A stretch of 64,000 bases of DNA from Candidatus Binatia bacterium (GTDB lineage Bacteria > Desulfobacterota > Binatia > HRBIN30). The notes under the pieces were generated by a model. That model was not told the DNA's origin and did no database searches. It worked only from the letters and a program-made list of their open reading frames with translations. The stretch covers positions 196,916 to 260,915 of the forward strand of contig JBBRSP010000005.1 in the NCBI GenBank assembly GCA_038245295.1. The letters are read 5' to 3'. Shown in pieces: positions 1 through 11,110 of the stretch; positions within the stretch are counted from its first letter, which is position 1, and each line of letters begins with the position of its first letter. Both the position numbers and the translations under genes were made by a program.

Positions 1-171
1 GGTTCGAAAAGCCCGAACGATCGATCCGTCATAGACGACTCCCCCACCACGACACCTTGCGTTCGCCACCTCCGCTACCCATGACGAGGGAAACAGAGAA
101 GTGGGCACGAAACGTCATCGATTCCTGCCCTGGCAACCTGAGGCGGGTGCCCGAGCCGGGAATGGCAGTGG

Positions 172-456
172 TTACTTCTTGCCCCCGAGAACCGCTTCCT
201 TGAACGTCTTCGCGACGGTGAACCGAACCTTCTTGCGAGCCGGGATCTTGATCGCTTCACCGGTCTGCGGGTTGCGCCCCATGCGTGCTTTCGTCTGCAC
301 TTTACGGAAGGTGCCGAGTCCTGGAATCTTGACCGGATCACCCTTCTTCACCGAACCCACGGTAACCTCAACCAGCGTCTGCAGAACGGCATCCGCCTGC
401 TTCTTCGACACTTCAGACGCATCCGCCAACTTCTGAACCAACTGCGACTTCGTCAT
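172..456 (-). CDS. hup: HU family DNA-binding protein
   Basis: MTKSQLVQKLA...VKIPGLGTF...ARMGRNPQTGEAIKIPARKKVRF; GGAGGA RBS just upstream of ATG at 456. Confidence 0.95.
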   Translation of the reverse strand: MTKSQLVQKLADASEVSKKQADAVLQTLVEVTVGSVKKGDPVKIPGLGTFRKVQTKARMGRNPQTGEAIKIPARKKVRFTVAKTFKEAVLGGKK

Positions 457-617
457 GGTTCCTCCTCCCCTCAGGTTTTGAGCTCGGTTGTCAGAGAACC
501 GCTCGACCACCGAGCAGTCTTCAACCGCGCGTATAACTGCACCGACAATGCACTTCCTGTCAAGATTTTTTTCGGCGCCTCACGTCGACACCGAAGCATC
601 GCACACGCCTGCCCGCC

Positions 618-1934
618 TCAATCGTAGTACTCAAGCCCGAGGTGGGTAATCAGCTCTTCCCCGCGCAAATGCCGCAGGGTGTTCTTCAGTTTCATCAATT
701 GGATGAAGAGATCATGCTCCGGGTAGAGGCCGGGCGCCGTCTGCGGGCTTTTGAAGTAGAACGACAACCATTCCTGAATCCCCTTCATGCCGGCGCGTTG
801 TGCCAGGTCGAGCAGCAGCACGAGATCCAATGCCAGGGGGGCCGCGAGGATCGAATCACGGCACAGAAAGTTGATTTTGATTTGCATCGGGTATCCCAGC
901 CACCCGAAGATATCGATGTTGTCCCAACCCTCTTTGTTGTCGCCACGCGGCGGGTAGTAGTGGATGTTCACCTTGTGGACATAGTCGCCGTACAGGTCGG
1001 GGTAGAGGTCCTTTTGCAAGATGGCCTCGAGAACCGACAGCTTGCTCTCTTCCTTGGTCTTGAACGACGATGGCTCATCGAGCACCTCGCCGTCGCGATT
1101 GCCCAAGATGTTGGTCGAGAACCAACCCTCCAAGCCGAGCATGCGCGCCTTCAATCCGGGAGCGAGGATTGTCTTCATGAGCGTTTGCCCGGTCTTAAAA
1201 TCCTTGCCGCATACCGGGACGCAGTTCTTGTCGGCCAATTCGGTTAAGGCCGGGATGTCCACCGTAAGGTTGGGTGCGCCGTTGGCAAACGGGATATGCT
1301 GCGAGAGCGCCGCATAGGCGTACAGCATACTCGGCGCAATCTCGGGGTCGTTGCGTCGCAGTGCCTCTTCGAAATCAGCTAACGTCGCGTGCACGGCACC
1401 GGGTTTGAGGAACCCTTCGGTACTGCCGCACCACAGCATCACGATCCGACTGACGCCCTTGTCACGACGAAACTTCTCGATGTCCGCAATGAGGAGTTGA
1501 GCCAAATCCCACTTGGTCGGCGCCGTCTTGACGTGAGTGCCCTCGAGTCGCTTCACAAAGGTTTGATCGAACACAGCCGGCCACGGCTTGAGGTTGGACA
1601 GAGGTTCTTGGACGCGATCCAGGAGGTCTCGCTCCAGAACCTTGGCGCGCACGGCCGCCTGGTATGCGTCGTCGGGGAATATATCCCAGGCCCCGAAGAC
1701 CAGATCCTGCAAATCGGCCAAAGGTACAAAATCGCGGATCAACGGGGCGCGCTTCTCGGTCCGCTTGCCGAGCCGAATCGTCCCCAACTGCGTCAGAGAG
1801 CCGATCGGACGGCCGAGTCCGCGGCGAATCAGCTCGACCCCAGCAACAAAGGTACTGCTCACGGCACCCAGGCCCACCAGAAGGACTCCCAGTTTGCCTG
1901 TTGCCGGTTCAATCTCGCTTCCAGGCGCTCGCAT
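618..1934 (-). CDS. ino1: myo-inositol-1-phosphate (inositol-3-phosphate) synthase
   Basis: VGLGAV Rossmann motif, WCGSTE, FANGAP, GKDFKTGQT, NILGNRDG, GDNKEGWD, CRDSILAAP motifs. Confidence 0.93.
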   Translation of the reverse strand: MRAPGSEIEPATGKLGVLLVGLGAVSSTFVAGVELIRRGLGRPIGSLTQLGTIRLGKRTEKRAPLIRDFVPLADLQDLVFGAWDIFPDDAYQAAVRAKVLERDLLDRVQEPLSNLKPWPAVFDQTFVKRLEGTHVKTAPTKWDLAQLLIADIEKFRRDKGVSRIVMLWCGSTEGFLKPGAVHATLADFEEALRRNDPEIAPSMLYAYAALSQHIPFANGAPNLTVDIPALTELADKNCVPVCGKDFKTGQTLMKTILAPGLKARMLGLEGWFSTNILGNRDGEVLDEPSSFKTKEESKLSVLEAILQKDLYPDLYGDYVHKVNIHYYPPRGDNKEGWDNIDIFGWLGYPMQIKINFLCRDSILAAPLALDLVLLLDLAQRAGMKGIQEWLSFYFKSPQTAPGLYPEHDLFIQLMKLKNTLRHLRGEELITHLGLEYYD

Positions 1935-2047
1935 AGGCGGACCCCTTAGTGCACGGCTTACCCACGAGCAAGCTCAATGGTTTGCCTCCGCCTGCTTCCC
2001 TGCCAACGCGTGCTTGTGTTAGAGAGCCGCGACTCGGAGACAAAACG

Positions 2048-2716
2048 ATGGCGCGAATTGCATTCCTTGGAGGTACCGGCGAGGAGGGTCTTGGCCTCGC
2101 TCTACGCTTCGCCCTGGCAGGGCAAGACGTAATCATTGGCTCACGTCAGAACGACAGAGCTCGTGATGCCGCGGCGTCATTGCGGACGACGTTGCGCGCT
2201 GCCGGCTCCTCGGCGTCCGTCGAAGGCGAAGACAACAGGAGTGCGATCGGTGACGCCGACATCATCGTCTTCACCTTCCCGTTCAAAGCGGTGGAGTCTT
2301 TGGTGACGGAGATGCACGACGGCCTCGACGGCAAGATCATCCTGGATGTCGTAAACCCTTTGGTCCTGCGAGCCGGAGTCTTCCATTCGATCCCGGTTGC
2401 CCAGGGCTCGGCGGGCCAACTGATTCAGCACCTGCTCCCGAACGCCAAGGTGGTCAGCGGCTTCAAGAACCTCAGCGCCAAGGAGCTCATCGATCCGCAT
2501 CACGCTCTACAAGGCGATGTGTTGATGTGTGGCGATCACCCCGACGCGACAGCTTTTTTCGTCGACCTCGTCGGGCGTATCCCGTCCTTGCGAGCCGTGG
2601 ACTGCGGCACGCTGGCGAACGCCGGCCACCTCGAAGGCATCACGACACTGCTGCTCAACCTCAACCGACGCTACAAGGCGATCACCTCAATTGAGGTCCT
2701 CGGCTTACGGCACTGA
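2048..2716 (+). CDS. npdG: NADPH-dependent F420 reductase
   Basis: IAFLGGTGEEGLGLALRFALAG-IIGSR, DVVNPL, VVSGFKNLSA, LEGITTLLLNLNRRYK; start moved to ATG 2048. Confidence 0.88.
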   Translation: MARIAFLGGTGEEGLGLALRFALAGQDVIIGSRQNDRARDAAASLRTTLRAAGSSASVEGEDNRSAIGDADIIVFTFPFKAVESLVTEMHDGLDGKIILDVVNPLVLRAGVFHSIPVAQGSAGQLIQHLLPNAKVVSGFKNLSAKELIDPHHALQGDVLMCGDHPDATAFFVDLVGRIPSLRAVDCGTLANAGHLEGITTLLLNLNRRYKAITSIEVLGLRH

Positions 2717-2798
2717 CCCGCCGCCCGCTCGCCAAACGAAACGGGCGCGCCGCCGGATGGCAGCACGCCCGTGATCGAGGAACATTCGGCCCGTAACG

Positions 2799-4793
2799 TT
2801 AGGGTAAGCAGTTGAACTTGAGAATATCGCCGTCGTAGGGCCCCGGCTTCGGCTGATGCGCCCGGATACGGATCTCAGAGAAACCGGGAGCCAGACCACC
2901 GGCCGTTTGTCGCAACTGCACCTGGTATTCGAACAGCGGCGTACAAATATTCTTCGCCGTGATCGGTGGGTTGAAATCCACCGATCGATTCATACACCGC
3001 CCATCGGCAGCGCCCGGAGCCGTGTCGCACTGCGCGTCGGTATTGCAAGCAACTCCGCGCTTGCCATTGTTCCGGCACTTGCCGTTCACCTTGCCGCCGA
3101 TGGCGATCAGCGACGCCTCCATCGCATCGCGATTCTCACGATCGATCTGATGCACGGGATTGTCCTGATTCGGTCGACGGAACTTCACCTTGTTGACGTT
3201 GTCGAGCTTGACGCACGGGATACGTGCCTCGTCCATGTTGAAGCACAACGAAACCCGGAAGGCGCAGATCTTGTCTCCGGCGTGGGCGTCGCACGTAGGA
3301 TCTCCGGCGCGACAAGTCAGGACGTTTCCCGGCAGCCCACCCGGCCCGTCTTGTGGCGGTGGTGGGATGGTACAGAACTGCATCACACAATCGTCCGCTC
3401 GCGAACCACAGTATCCGGGGATTTGTCCGGGGCTGTTGGGTTGGCAAAGGGTAAACAGACAGTTGGTCTCGCAACCGTCGCCGGCCACCTGATTGCCGTC
3501 GTCGCATTGTTCGGGCGGCGTCACGATGCCATTGCCGCAACCGGTGCGCGTGCAGTTGTTGTCACAACCGTCCCCGTTAGTCTGATTGCCGTCATCGCAT
3601 TGCTCGCCGGTCGTCAGGATGCCGTTGCCGCAACCCGTGAACGTGCAGTTGTTGTCACAGCCGTCGCCATTCGTCTGATTGCCGTCGTCGCACTGCTCAC
3701 CCGGATTGGTGACACCGTTGCCGCATGGTGTCGGCGTAATGGTCGGCGTGGGTGTGATCGTCGGCGTCGGGGTCGACGTCGGCGTGTCGGTTGGCGTTGG
3801 CGTCGAGGTGAATGTCGACGTGGGCGTGTCGGTCGAGGTCGGCGTCGAAGTCCGGGTCGGCGTAATCGTCGGTGTATTCGACGCGACAGGTGCCGGCGGC
3901 GGGGCACTGGGGGCCTGGCCATCGGCGGTCAGCACACGATTGGCGAGTCCACACGTAGGGCTCACGTCAACGTCGATACCAAAGGCAGCGGCACCATACG
4001 TGAAGCCAGACATTCCGAGGCTGTGGTTGTAGATCATGACGACGATTTGCCCCTTCTGGAGGGTAAAACCGTCGGTGGGGGGCGCGGCGCACACAGTGGT
4101 ATTCGTCGTCGGTTGGCTGGTGCACATCGGTGGGTTACCCGACGAAGCGAGGCCGAACCCGAGAGTGGTCAACTGCGCCGCCCCTTGGCACTGGGCCGTT
4201 ACACCCGTCGCGATACACGCGGGCGGAACCCCGCCCCCAGAAGCAGACAACGCGAAGAGACTCGCATCCGGTGAGCCACCGACACAGTTGGTCGGGTCAC
4301 GACAAATCTCAATTGGGCTTGCCGTACCAATCGTCAGACGGCCACCGCCTGCGGGGTTGAACGAAATCGCAAACGTATCGGGGCTTAGGATCCCCGTGCG
4401 GATGGTCTCATTGTAGCCGTGAAGTACCTGCGGCATTGGGATGAACGTATTGGCGCCGGCAACAGCCGACGTTGTAGCGCTCGGCGAACCGCCACCGCTT
4501 GAACATGCCGAATAACCGTTCACGCCACCGCCCAGCGTCGTGACACGCAATCGATCGACACCACCTTGGAGCGGTTGGTTCGGCACGCTGATGACCTGGT
4601 ACACAGTACCGTCGGCGGCACGTTGCCCGAGGCTAAGATCGAGTTGTGCCGACGCGGAGGACGTGAAACCCGCAAACACCAACAGCGCCGCACAAATGCC
4701 CACGGCGGCCTGCCGATTTCGCGATCCAAGTTGTCTTCGGTCAGTGAACTGCATCGTACATCCTTCCGCTCCCCCTTCAACCGCTGGCTCCAT
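2799..4793 (-). CDS. Secreted Cys-rich surface protein with PT linker, three Myxococcus-type CGNG...EQCDDGN repeats (DUF4215-like) and a C-terminal Cys domain
   Basis: Signal-like hydrophobic segment, TPTSTPT linker, three CGNG-x-GEQCDDGNQ-x-GDGC repeats; start may be 4754. Confidence 0.8.
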   Translation of the reverse strand: MEPAVEGGAEGCTMQFTDRRQLGSRNRQAAVGICAALLVFAGFTSSASAQLDLSLGQRAADGTVYQVISVPNQPLQGGVDRLRVTTLGGGVNGYSACSSGGGSPSATTSAVAGANTFIPMPQVLHGYNETIRTGILSPDTFAISFNPAGGGRLTIGTASPIEICRDPTNCVGGSPDASLFALSASGGGVPPACIATGVTAQCQGAAQLTTLGFGLASSGNPPMCTSQPTTNTTVCAAPPTDGFTLQKGQIVVMIYNHSLGMSGFTYGAAAFGIDVDVSPTCGLANRVLTADGQAPSAPPPAPVASNTPTITPTRTSTPTSTDTPTSTFTSTPTPTDTPTSTPTPTITPTPTITPTPCGNGVTNPGEQCDDGNQTNGDGCDNNCTFTGCGNGILTTGEQCDDGNQTNGDGCDNNCTRTGCGNGIVTPPEQCDDGNQVAGDGCETNCLFTLCQPNSPGQIPGYCGSRADDCVMQFCTIPPPPQDGPGGLPGNVLTCRAGDPTCDAHAGDKICAFRVSLCFNMDEARIPCVKLDNVNKVKFRRPNQDNPVHQIDRENRDAMEASLIAIGGKVNGKCRNNGKRGVACNTDAQCDTAPGAADGRCMNRSVDFNPPITAKNICTPLFEYQVQLRQTAGGLAPGFSEIRIRAHQPKPGPYDGDILKFNCLP

Positions 4794-5029
4794 GCATTAC
4801 CCGCGGCGCAAAGGCCCGAGGGAGGTGAGGTCACGGTATCCTCATCGGATTCGCCATGCCCAGCCGCCTTCGAGAGAATGCGACTGGGACGCATAACCCA
4901 GAGTTCCGAGAGTGGTCAAGCAACAACGCCCAGTGTCTAAATTATTTTTCGCTCGACAAACTGCGGCTTTATGCTCGCCGAGAACCATTGCGCCCGACAC
5001 CAACCGGCTCTAACAGCGAAGCTATTCCC

Positions 5030-6247
5030 ATGAGTGAGTCGCGTCATTCCGTGGCCGTCGTTGGTGGCGGCATCGTTGGTCTGGCTACAGCGTATGCCCT
5101 TTCCCAGCGCTTCGCCGAACTGTCGATCGTGCTGTTGGAGAAGGAGTCCCGCCTGGCATCGCACCAGACGGGACACAATAGCGGCGTGATTCACGCCGGG
5201 ATCTACTACAAACCAGGCTCTTACAAGGCGCGGTTGTGTGTCGACGGCGTACACCTCATGAAAGAGTTCTGCGCCGCACACGCCATCCCTTTCGAGAATT
5301 GCGGCAAGATCATCGTCGCGACAACCGCGGACGAGTTGCCTCGATTGCAAACGCTGCTCGAACGCGGCATCGCCAACGGAGTTCCTGGACTACGTGTCGT
5401 CGAGCCGCAGGCCTTGCGGGAAATCGAACCCCATGCACGGGCCTTACGTGCGCTGCATTCGCCACAGACGGCGATCGTCGACTACAAGTTGGTGGCCGCG
5501 GCGATGGCCGCCGAGTTGCGCCAACGGGGCGTCGACATCCGCACCGCGTCGCGCGTCGACGCGGTGCGCAGCGTCGGCGACGAGTTGCTCGTCAAGACGT
5601 CGCACGGCGAACTGCGCGCTTCCCACTTGATCAACTGCGGCGGCCTGTGGGCCGATCGGGTGGCGCGTCTCACCGGCATCGAGCCGGATGTGCAGATCAT
5701 CCCGTTTCGCGGCGAATATTACTCCCTACGCCCGGAGCAGTCGGTCGTTCGCGGCTTGATTTACCCGGTGCCGGATCCGGAATTTCCGTTCCTCGGTGTT
5801 CATTTCACCAAACGTATTCAGGGCGACGTCGAAGCCGGCCCCAACGCCGTCCTGGCCTTCGCGCGCGAGGGCTACCGGCTCGGGATCATCCGCTTGTCGG
5901 AGTTTGCCGGCACTCTTGCCTACCGCGGTTTCTGGGCGATGGCGGCGCGCTACTGGCGTACCGGCATCTACGAAATGTACCGCTCGCTCAGCAAACGTAC
6001 GTTCCTACGCGACCTGCAGAAGCTGGTTCCCGATCTGCGCGCTACCGATATGATCCCTGGCGGCACCGGCGTGCGCGCCCAGGCGGTCAGTCCCGACGGT
6101 TCCCTGGTCGACGACTTTCGCATTCGCGAGTCACCCCGCGCCATCCACGTCCTCAACGCACCATCGCCGGCGGCAACCGCGTCGCTGTCGATCGGCAATC
6201 ATATTGCCGACCTCGCTGCCAAGTCGTTCGGTTACCGGCGCTCGTAG
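5030..6247 (+). CDS. lhgO: L-2-hydroxyglutarate oxidase (FAD-dependent)
   Basis: VVGGGIVGLATA, HQTGHNSGVIHAGIYYKPGS, LIYPVPDP-FPFLGVHFT, GVRAQAV, NAPSPAATASL. Confidence 0.93.
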   Translation: MSESRHSVAVVGGGIVGLATAYALSQRFAELSIVLLEKESRLASHQTGHNSGVIHAGIYYKPGSYKARLCVDGVHLMKEFCAAHAIPFENCGKIIVATTADELPRLQTLLERGIANGVPGLRVVEPQALREIEPHARALRALHSPQTAIVDYKLVAAAMAAELRQRGVDIRTASRVDAVRSVGDELLVKTSHGELRASHLINCGGLWADRVARLTGIEPDVQIIPFRGEYYSLRPEQSVVRGLIYPVPDPEFPFLGVHFTKRIQGDVEAGPNAVLAFAREGYRLGIIRLSEFAGTLAYRGFWAMAARYWRTGIYEMYRSLSKRTFLRDLQKLVPDLRATDMIPGGTGVRAQAVSPDGSLVDDFRIRESPRAIHVLNAPSPAATASLSIGNHIADLAAKSFGYRRS

Positions 6248-6253
6248 TCTAGC

Positions 6254-9200
6254 TCACGGCGTACACAGCAGCCGCAGCATCGTGCGCTTGCCCTTCGGCC
6301 TCGGGAAGGTGCCATCCTTCGACACCGTACGAATCGTCAACCGCCGCTTGGCCTTGTCCGACGGCTTGGCGATCGCCACGAGATCCATCGCCATCGGCGC
6401 ACTGCACAAGTTCGTCTGCGCGCCGGCGATAGGCACACCATTCGTATAGCCGGCATCCGGATTCTGCGGGTCGAGCAGGGCACTCAGGGCATTGTTCACC
6501 GCCGCGGTGTTCGTCAGCGCCAAAACACCCACGGTTGGTGCACTGGCAATCTTCAGCGGCACCGGTTTCACCAGGACCGAACTGATGCCGGTCCTGGGCT
6601 GAAGACACTCCAAACTCGCGTCGGTCGTATTGAGACACATCACGACCGTCATCCGACAACGTCCTGTCGTCGGATCGGCGTCGCATGTCGGATCGTTGTC
6701 CGCGCATGTCTGATCGCGATCGGGCAAGCTGAATTTGTCGAGGAGATTGCTTGGATTGACAACGAAGTACTCAAGCTGGCAACCGTTCTTGTCCTTCGCC
6801 GGCTTCGTACGCTCACCGCGAATGAAACCGCTGTACGTGCAATCATCGTTGCGGCTCGACGGACAGCCATCGATCGCCGTCGACTGATTGCCGTCGTCAC
6901 ACTGCTCGCCCGCGTCCGGCACACCGTTGCCGCAGCAATTCGGCACGAGCTCCGGCGCACAGACACCGCTGCGGCACGCGTTCTTGCAGAAGTTGTCATC
7001 ATTACCGGCACACCCGTCGCCTTCGGCGCGGAACATATCGGTGCGGCATGCCGCCGCGATGCCGTCGCAAGCTTCCGCCACATCACAAAACTCCGTCGCC
7101 GGACGGCAGACGACACCACTGGCGCGCAGGGCATCGGCCGGACAGTCCGTGCTGCTACCATCACACGTCTCCGCGACATCGCAGTCGCCGGCCGCGGCAC
7201 GGCAAACAGACCCGCTCGTGCGTAAAGCTTCGGCGGCGCAGCCGTTGCTCACTCCATCGCAGCTCTCAGCAACATCACACCCGCCGACGGCGGCGCGGCA
7301 AACATTCGTCAGCTTGGCATCCGGAGGGCAGGCCTTGCCGATGCCGTCGCAGAAGTCGACCGCATCGCAAACTCCAGCCGCGGCGCGGCACGGGGTCGTA
7401 TCAGGAGCAACAATGTCGTTCGGGCAATTGGGATCGAAGCCGTTGCAGTTCTCCACCAGATCACAGACACCCGCCGACATCCGGCAGGCCACCGTCGAGG
7501 GCTGCATCACATCGGCGGGACACTCATCGCTCACGCCGTCGCAGAAGTCGGCCACGTCGCAAACGCCGGCGCTGCCGCGACAAAGGATTGCCGTCGTCTT
7601 CTTCGCGTCCGCGGGGCATTGCGCTCCGCTGCCGCTGCACTTCTCCGTTTGGTCGCAGTCGCCGGCCAGCGCACGACACTCGAAGGTCGAGGGCTTGAAC
7701 CCATCGGGCGGACAGGTCGCGCTGCTTCCGCTGCACACCTCCGCGATGTCACAATCACCGTCGGCGGCGCGGCATTCGACACCGGAACCGACCAGAACGT
7801 CGCTTGGGCACTGCTTGCCGTTTCCGTCACAGTAGTCGGCCACGTCACACCCGCCGGTAACGTTGCGACACAAGACACCGGGCGGCTGAATCGAGTCGGT
7901 GGGGCATTGCGTGTTCCCACCCGTACAAGATTCCGCAATGTCGCACGCACCGGTCGAGGCGCGACACTCGACACCACTCGCCTTGAGCTGGTCCGCCGGG
8001 CAACTGGTGGCGCTGCCGCTACACACCTCGTCGACGTCGCACGTACCGGCCGCGACACGACACACGAACCCGCTGGCTCGTAGAGTATCGGCGGGGCAAC
8101 CATTCGAGGCGCCGTCACACACCTCGGCCACGTCACAAACATCGACCGCCAGCCGACAAACCGACCCACTCGGCCGCTTAGCATCGAACGCGGGACATGA
8201 GGCGCCGCTCCCCGAACACGTCTCCGCCTGATCGCAATCACCCACTGCCGCACGACACACAGTCGTATTCGGCTGGAACGCATTGGCCGGACAATCGTTT
8301 GTCGCCCCATCGCAAAGCTCAGCAACGTCGCAGACACCAACAGCGCCGCGGCACACAAACGTGTTCGGAACCTTCGCGTCGGGCGGACATTGTGCTCCCA
8401 ACCCGTCACAGAATTCCGTCGTGTCGCAGTCGCCACCGGAGACGCGACAGACGACGCTGGAAGTCAGGGCCTCATCCGACGGGCAAGCCGGATTGGCGCC
8501 GTCACAGAAGTCGGCCACGTCGCAATCGCCGGCGAGCGGACGACAGAGCGTCGCATGACTGAGAATCGGATGCGTGCAGGTATCCTGCAGTCCGTCACAT
8601 TGGTCGCTGGAGCACGGGAACCCGTCGTCGGTACACGCCGTCCCATTGGGCTTCTTACTGTCGCTCGGGCAGGTGACCGAGGCGCCGGTACAAGTCTCCG
8701 CCAGGTCACATTCGCCGCCCGCGGCACGACACTCGACGTTCGACGCCTTGAAGGAGCACGCGGAGCTGCAGCAATTCGGCGTCGTGCCGTTGGCGGCTCC
8801 CTGATCGCATTGTTCCTTTGTCTCGATCTGCGAATTGCCGCAGATGGGCAATGGCGCAACCGACCAGCCGGCGTCGGTACGGTTGTCGTCGAAGACCCAC
8901 GCATTGCAACCGATCGGCATCACCGTCGTCGCCGCCGCGCCACCGACACCCTGGAATCCGACTGTAGCGGTCTGACCGCTCGCGAAGCGCTGATTGGTCG
9001 GATACTTCACGGCAATTACGTTGGAGCCCTCGTGAACCAGGATCTCCATCTTCATATCGTCGTTGCCGTCATCGCTGCTGGTCACGGTATCGAGGAAGAA
9101 AAATGCCAGGAACGTGCGATTCGGCGCCGTCCCGACGGTACCATACTGAATCGTGCTGGCACCCGCCGTCTGCATGTCATCCCAAAAGCCGGCGATAAAC

Positions 9201-10734
9201 GGATTAGTATGCTTCGACGTCGGCAGGCAGTCATTGACCGGATCACTGTTCCCCGCGGTATTGGAACCGAACTCCATCCAGCCGTTGGTCGACAAAACAG
9301 CGGTGCTGTAATTTGTCCCTTCAATGTTCACGCTGAACGGCAAATTGACGATCTGCGTCGCGTCGTTGCCGGAGAAGAACAGCAGCCCCGGAATATTGGT
9401 GGCATTGATGTCGTCGGGGCTGAAGGCTGTCACCGCATGCAGAGACATCGCTCCGAGCGTCTTGGGATGGACCGACCATCCTTCGTGGGCTGCGTCGTTG
9501 TCGTCGAGGATCTTTCCATTACAGGTCAGCGGATACGCGGCGGCGCTCGCGCCACCCGCCCCCTGGAACCCGATCGTGGCTGCCTGGCCGTTGGCCGTCG
9601 CGCCCTTGTCACGATAGCGAACACTCATCAGGCTCGATCCTTCGTGGATCTCAACTTGAAAACTCAGGTCGTCGGCTGAATTGCCTTCGACGGCCGGGTC
9701 GACGTCGACCTGTACGTCGACGACGAACGTCCGGTTCGGGCTACTGCCGACGCTGCCGTAACGAATGTTGGTTCCAATGGTCTGGTCGTCGTCCCAATAC
9801 GCTGCCAGCAGCGGATTGGTGTGTGCGGCGCTGGGCAAACAGTCGTTGCTCGGATCGCTGTCGGCGGCGGTGTTGCCGCCAAACTCGAACCAGCCATTCG
9901 TTGAAATCGCCACGCTGTTGTAGGCGATTCCCTCAATCGTCACCGGGAACGGCAAACCGACGTTCGACACGGTGTCATTGCCCGAGATCGTCGCAAAGCC
10001 GGTGATGTCGTCCGGGCTCGATTGCGTCATGCCCGACAGCGTCACAAGGCCGGCGCGGCCGGCATCGACCGACCAGGCATCTTCGGGGCGGTTGTCATCC
10101 AAAATCTTACCGTTGCAGACCAACCCCTGCACGGTCGTCGCAGCACCGCCGCCGGCGCCCTGGAAACCAATGGTTGCGGTTTGGCCGTTCGCCAGGTTCT
10201 GCGAATTCCGATACCGCACGGTGATCAGATTCGACGTTTCGTGGAGTTGCACCTGGAAGCCAACGTCGTCGGCGCCGTCGTCGGAGCTAACCTTGGTGTC
10301 GAGAAAGAAATCGGCGAGGAAGACGCGGTTTGGGCTCGATCCCTCCGTGACGTAGCGGATGGCGCCGCCGTCGGCAAGCAGTCGTTGGTTGGATCACTAT
10401 CGCCCGACGTGTTGCCGCCGAACTCGATCCAACCATTCGTCGACAGGGTGAGCGTCGAGTAGTTCACTCCTTCGATCTTGAAGGAGAACGGCAGGGTGAC
10501 GTTCTGGGTAACGTCGTCGCCGCTGACGGTAAGCATGCCCGGCGCGTTGGTGGCGTTGAGGTCGTCCTCGCTGAACGCCATCCACCCGCCCATCGACATC
10601 GCTGCCTCGGCGCGAGACGGCGCGGAGGAGAGGCAGATGCACCACAAAAGAGACGTGACCGCGACGCACCATCGGGCCGAAGGTCCCGCGCTCTTCCCGA
10701 TACCGGCAATGCAACGCCGCAAGCGTTTCGCCAT
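6254..10734 (-). pseudogene. Large secreted protein (three NIDO-like domains, 17 disintegrin-like Cys repeats, C-terminal Cys domain) split by a deletion frameshift near 10362-10372
   Basis: ORF 10225..10785 (RBS plus ATG 10734, signal peptide) and ORF 6254..10252 are two frames of one repeat protein; repeat 1 lacks the HTNP..A.YWDD segment found in repeats 2 and 3. Confidence 0.8.
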
Positions 10735-10855
10735 GTTCAGCACCCTCCGCGAAGAAACAATTTCGGAACGGCCCTTCCCTTCCACAGCTGCGGGACTGCG
10801 GTCAACCAGAGTCGCCAGGCGGGTAGTGGGTCATTTTTCATTCACCCCGGTGAAG

Positions 10856-11015
10856 GAGACTGTCGATCTTCTCTGATTCATCGTTTGAAACTGCGCAAAC
10901 ACCTCCGTCATACCGGCGAAAGCCGTTATCTCCCCAGCATTTTTGGCCTTCCACTCGAGGAGATACCGGCTTTCGCCGGGATGACGTTGCTTCATTTTAG
11001 TTTATCGACAGTCTC
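10856..11015. mobile_element. 160-bp MITE, subfamily A, with an internal inverted REP-hairpin pair
   Basis: Perfect terminal inverted repeat GAGACTGTCGAT...ATCGACAGTCTC; internal CGTCATACCGGCGAAAGCCG.. and ..CCGGCTTTCGCCGGGATGACG. Confidence 0.85.
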
Positions 11016-11110
11016 CTGCGCCGGACGACGGAGGTGCTGCTCTCGTTTTCAAACTGCCCCTCTACCGCCAGACGGCGCGCCCGACACGTCGCGACACATC
11101 CCGATCTCGG

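Noticed and set aside
10225..10400. Programmed ribosomal frameshift in the large Cys-rich gene
   Set aside because: No slippery heptamer, and conserved residues are missing, which indicates deletion.
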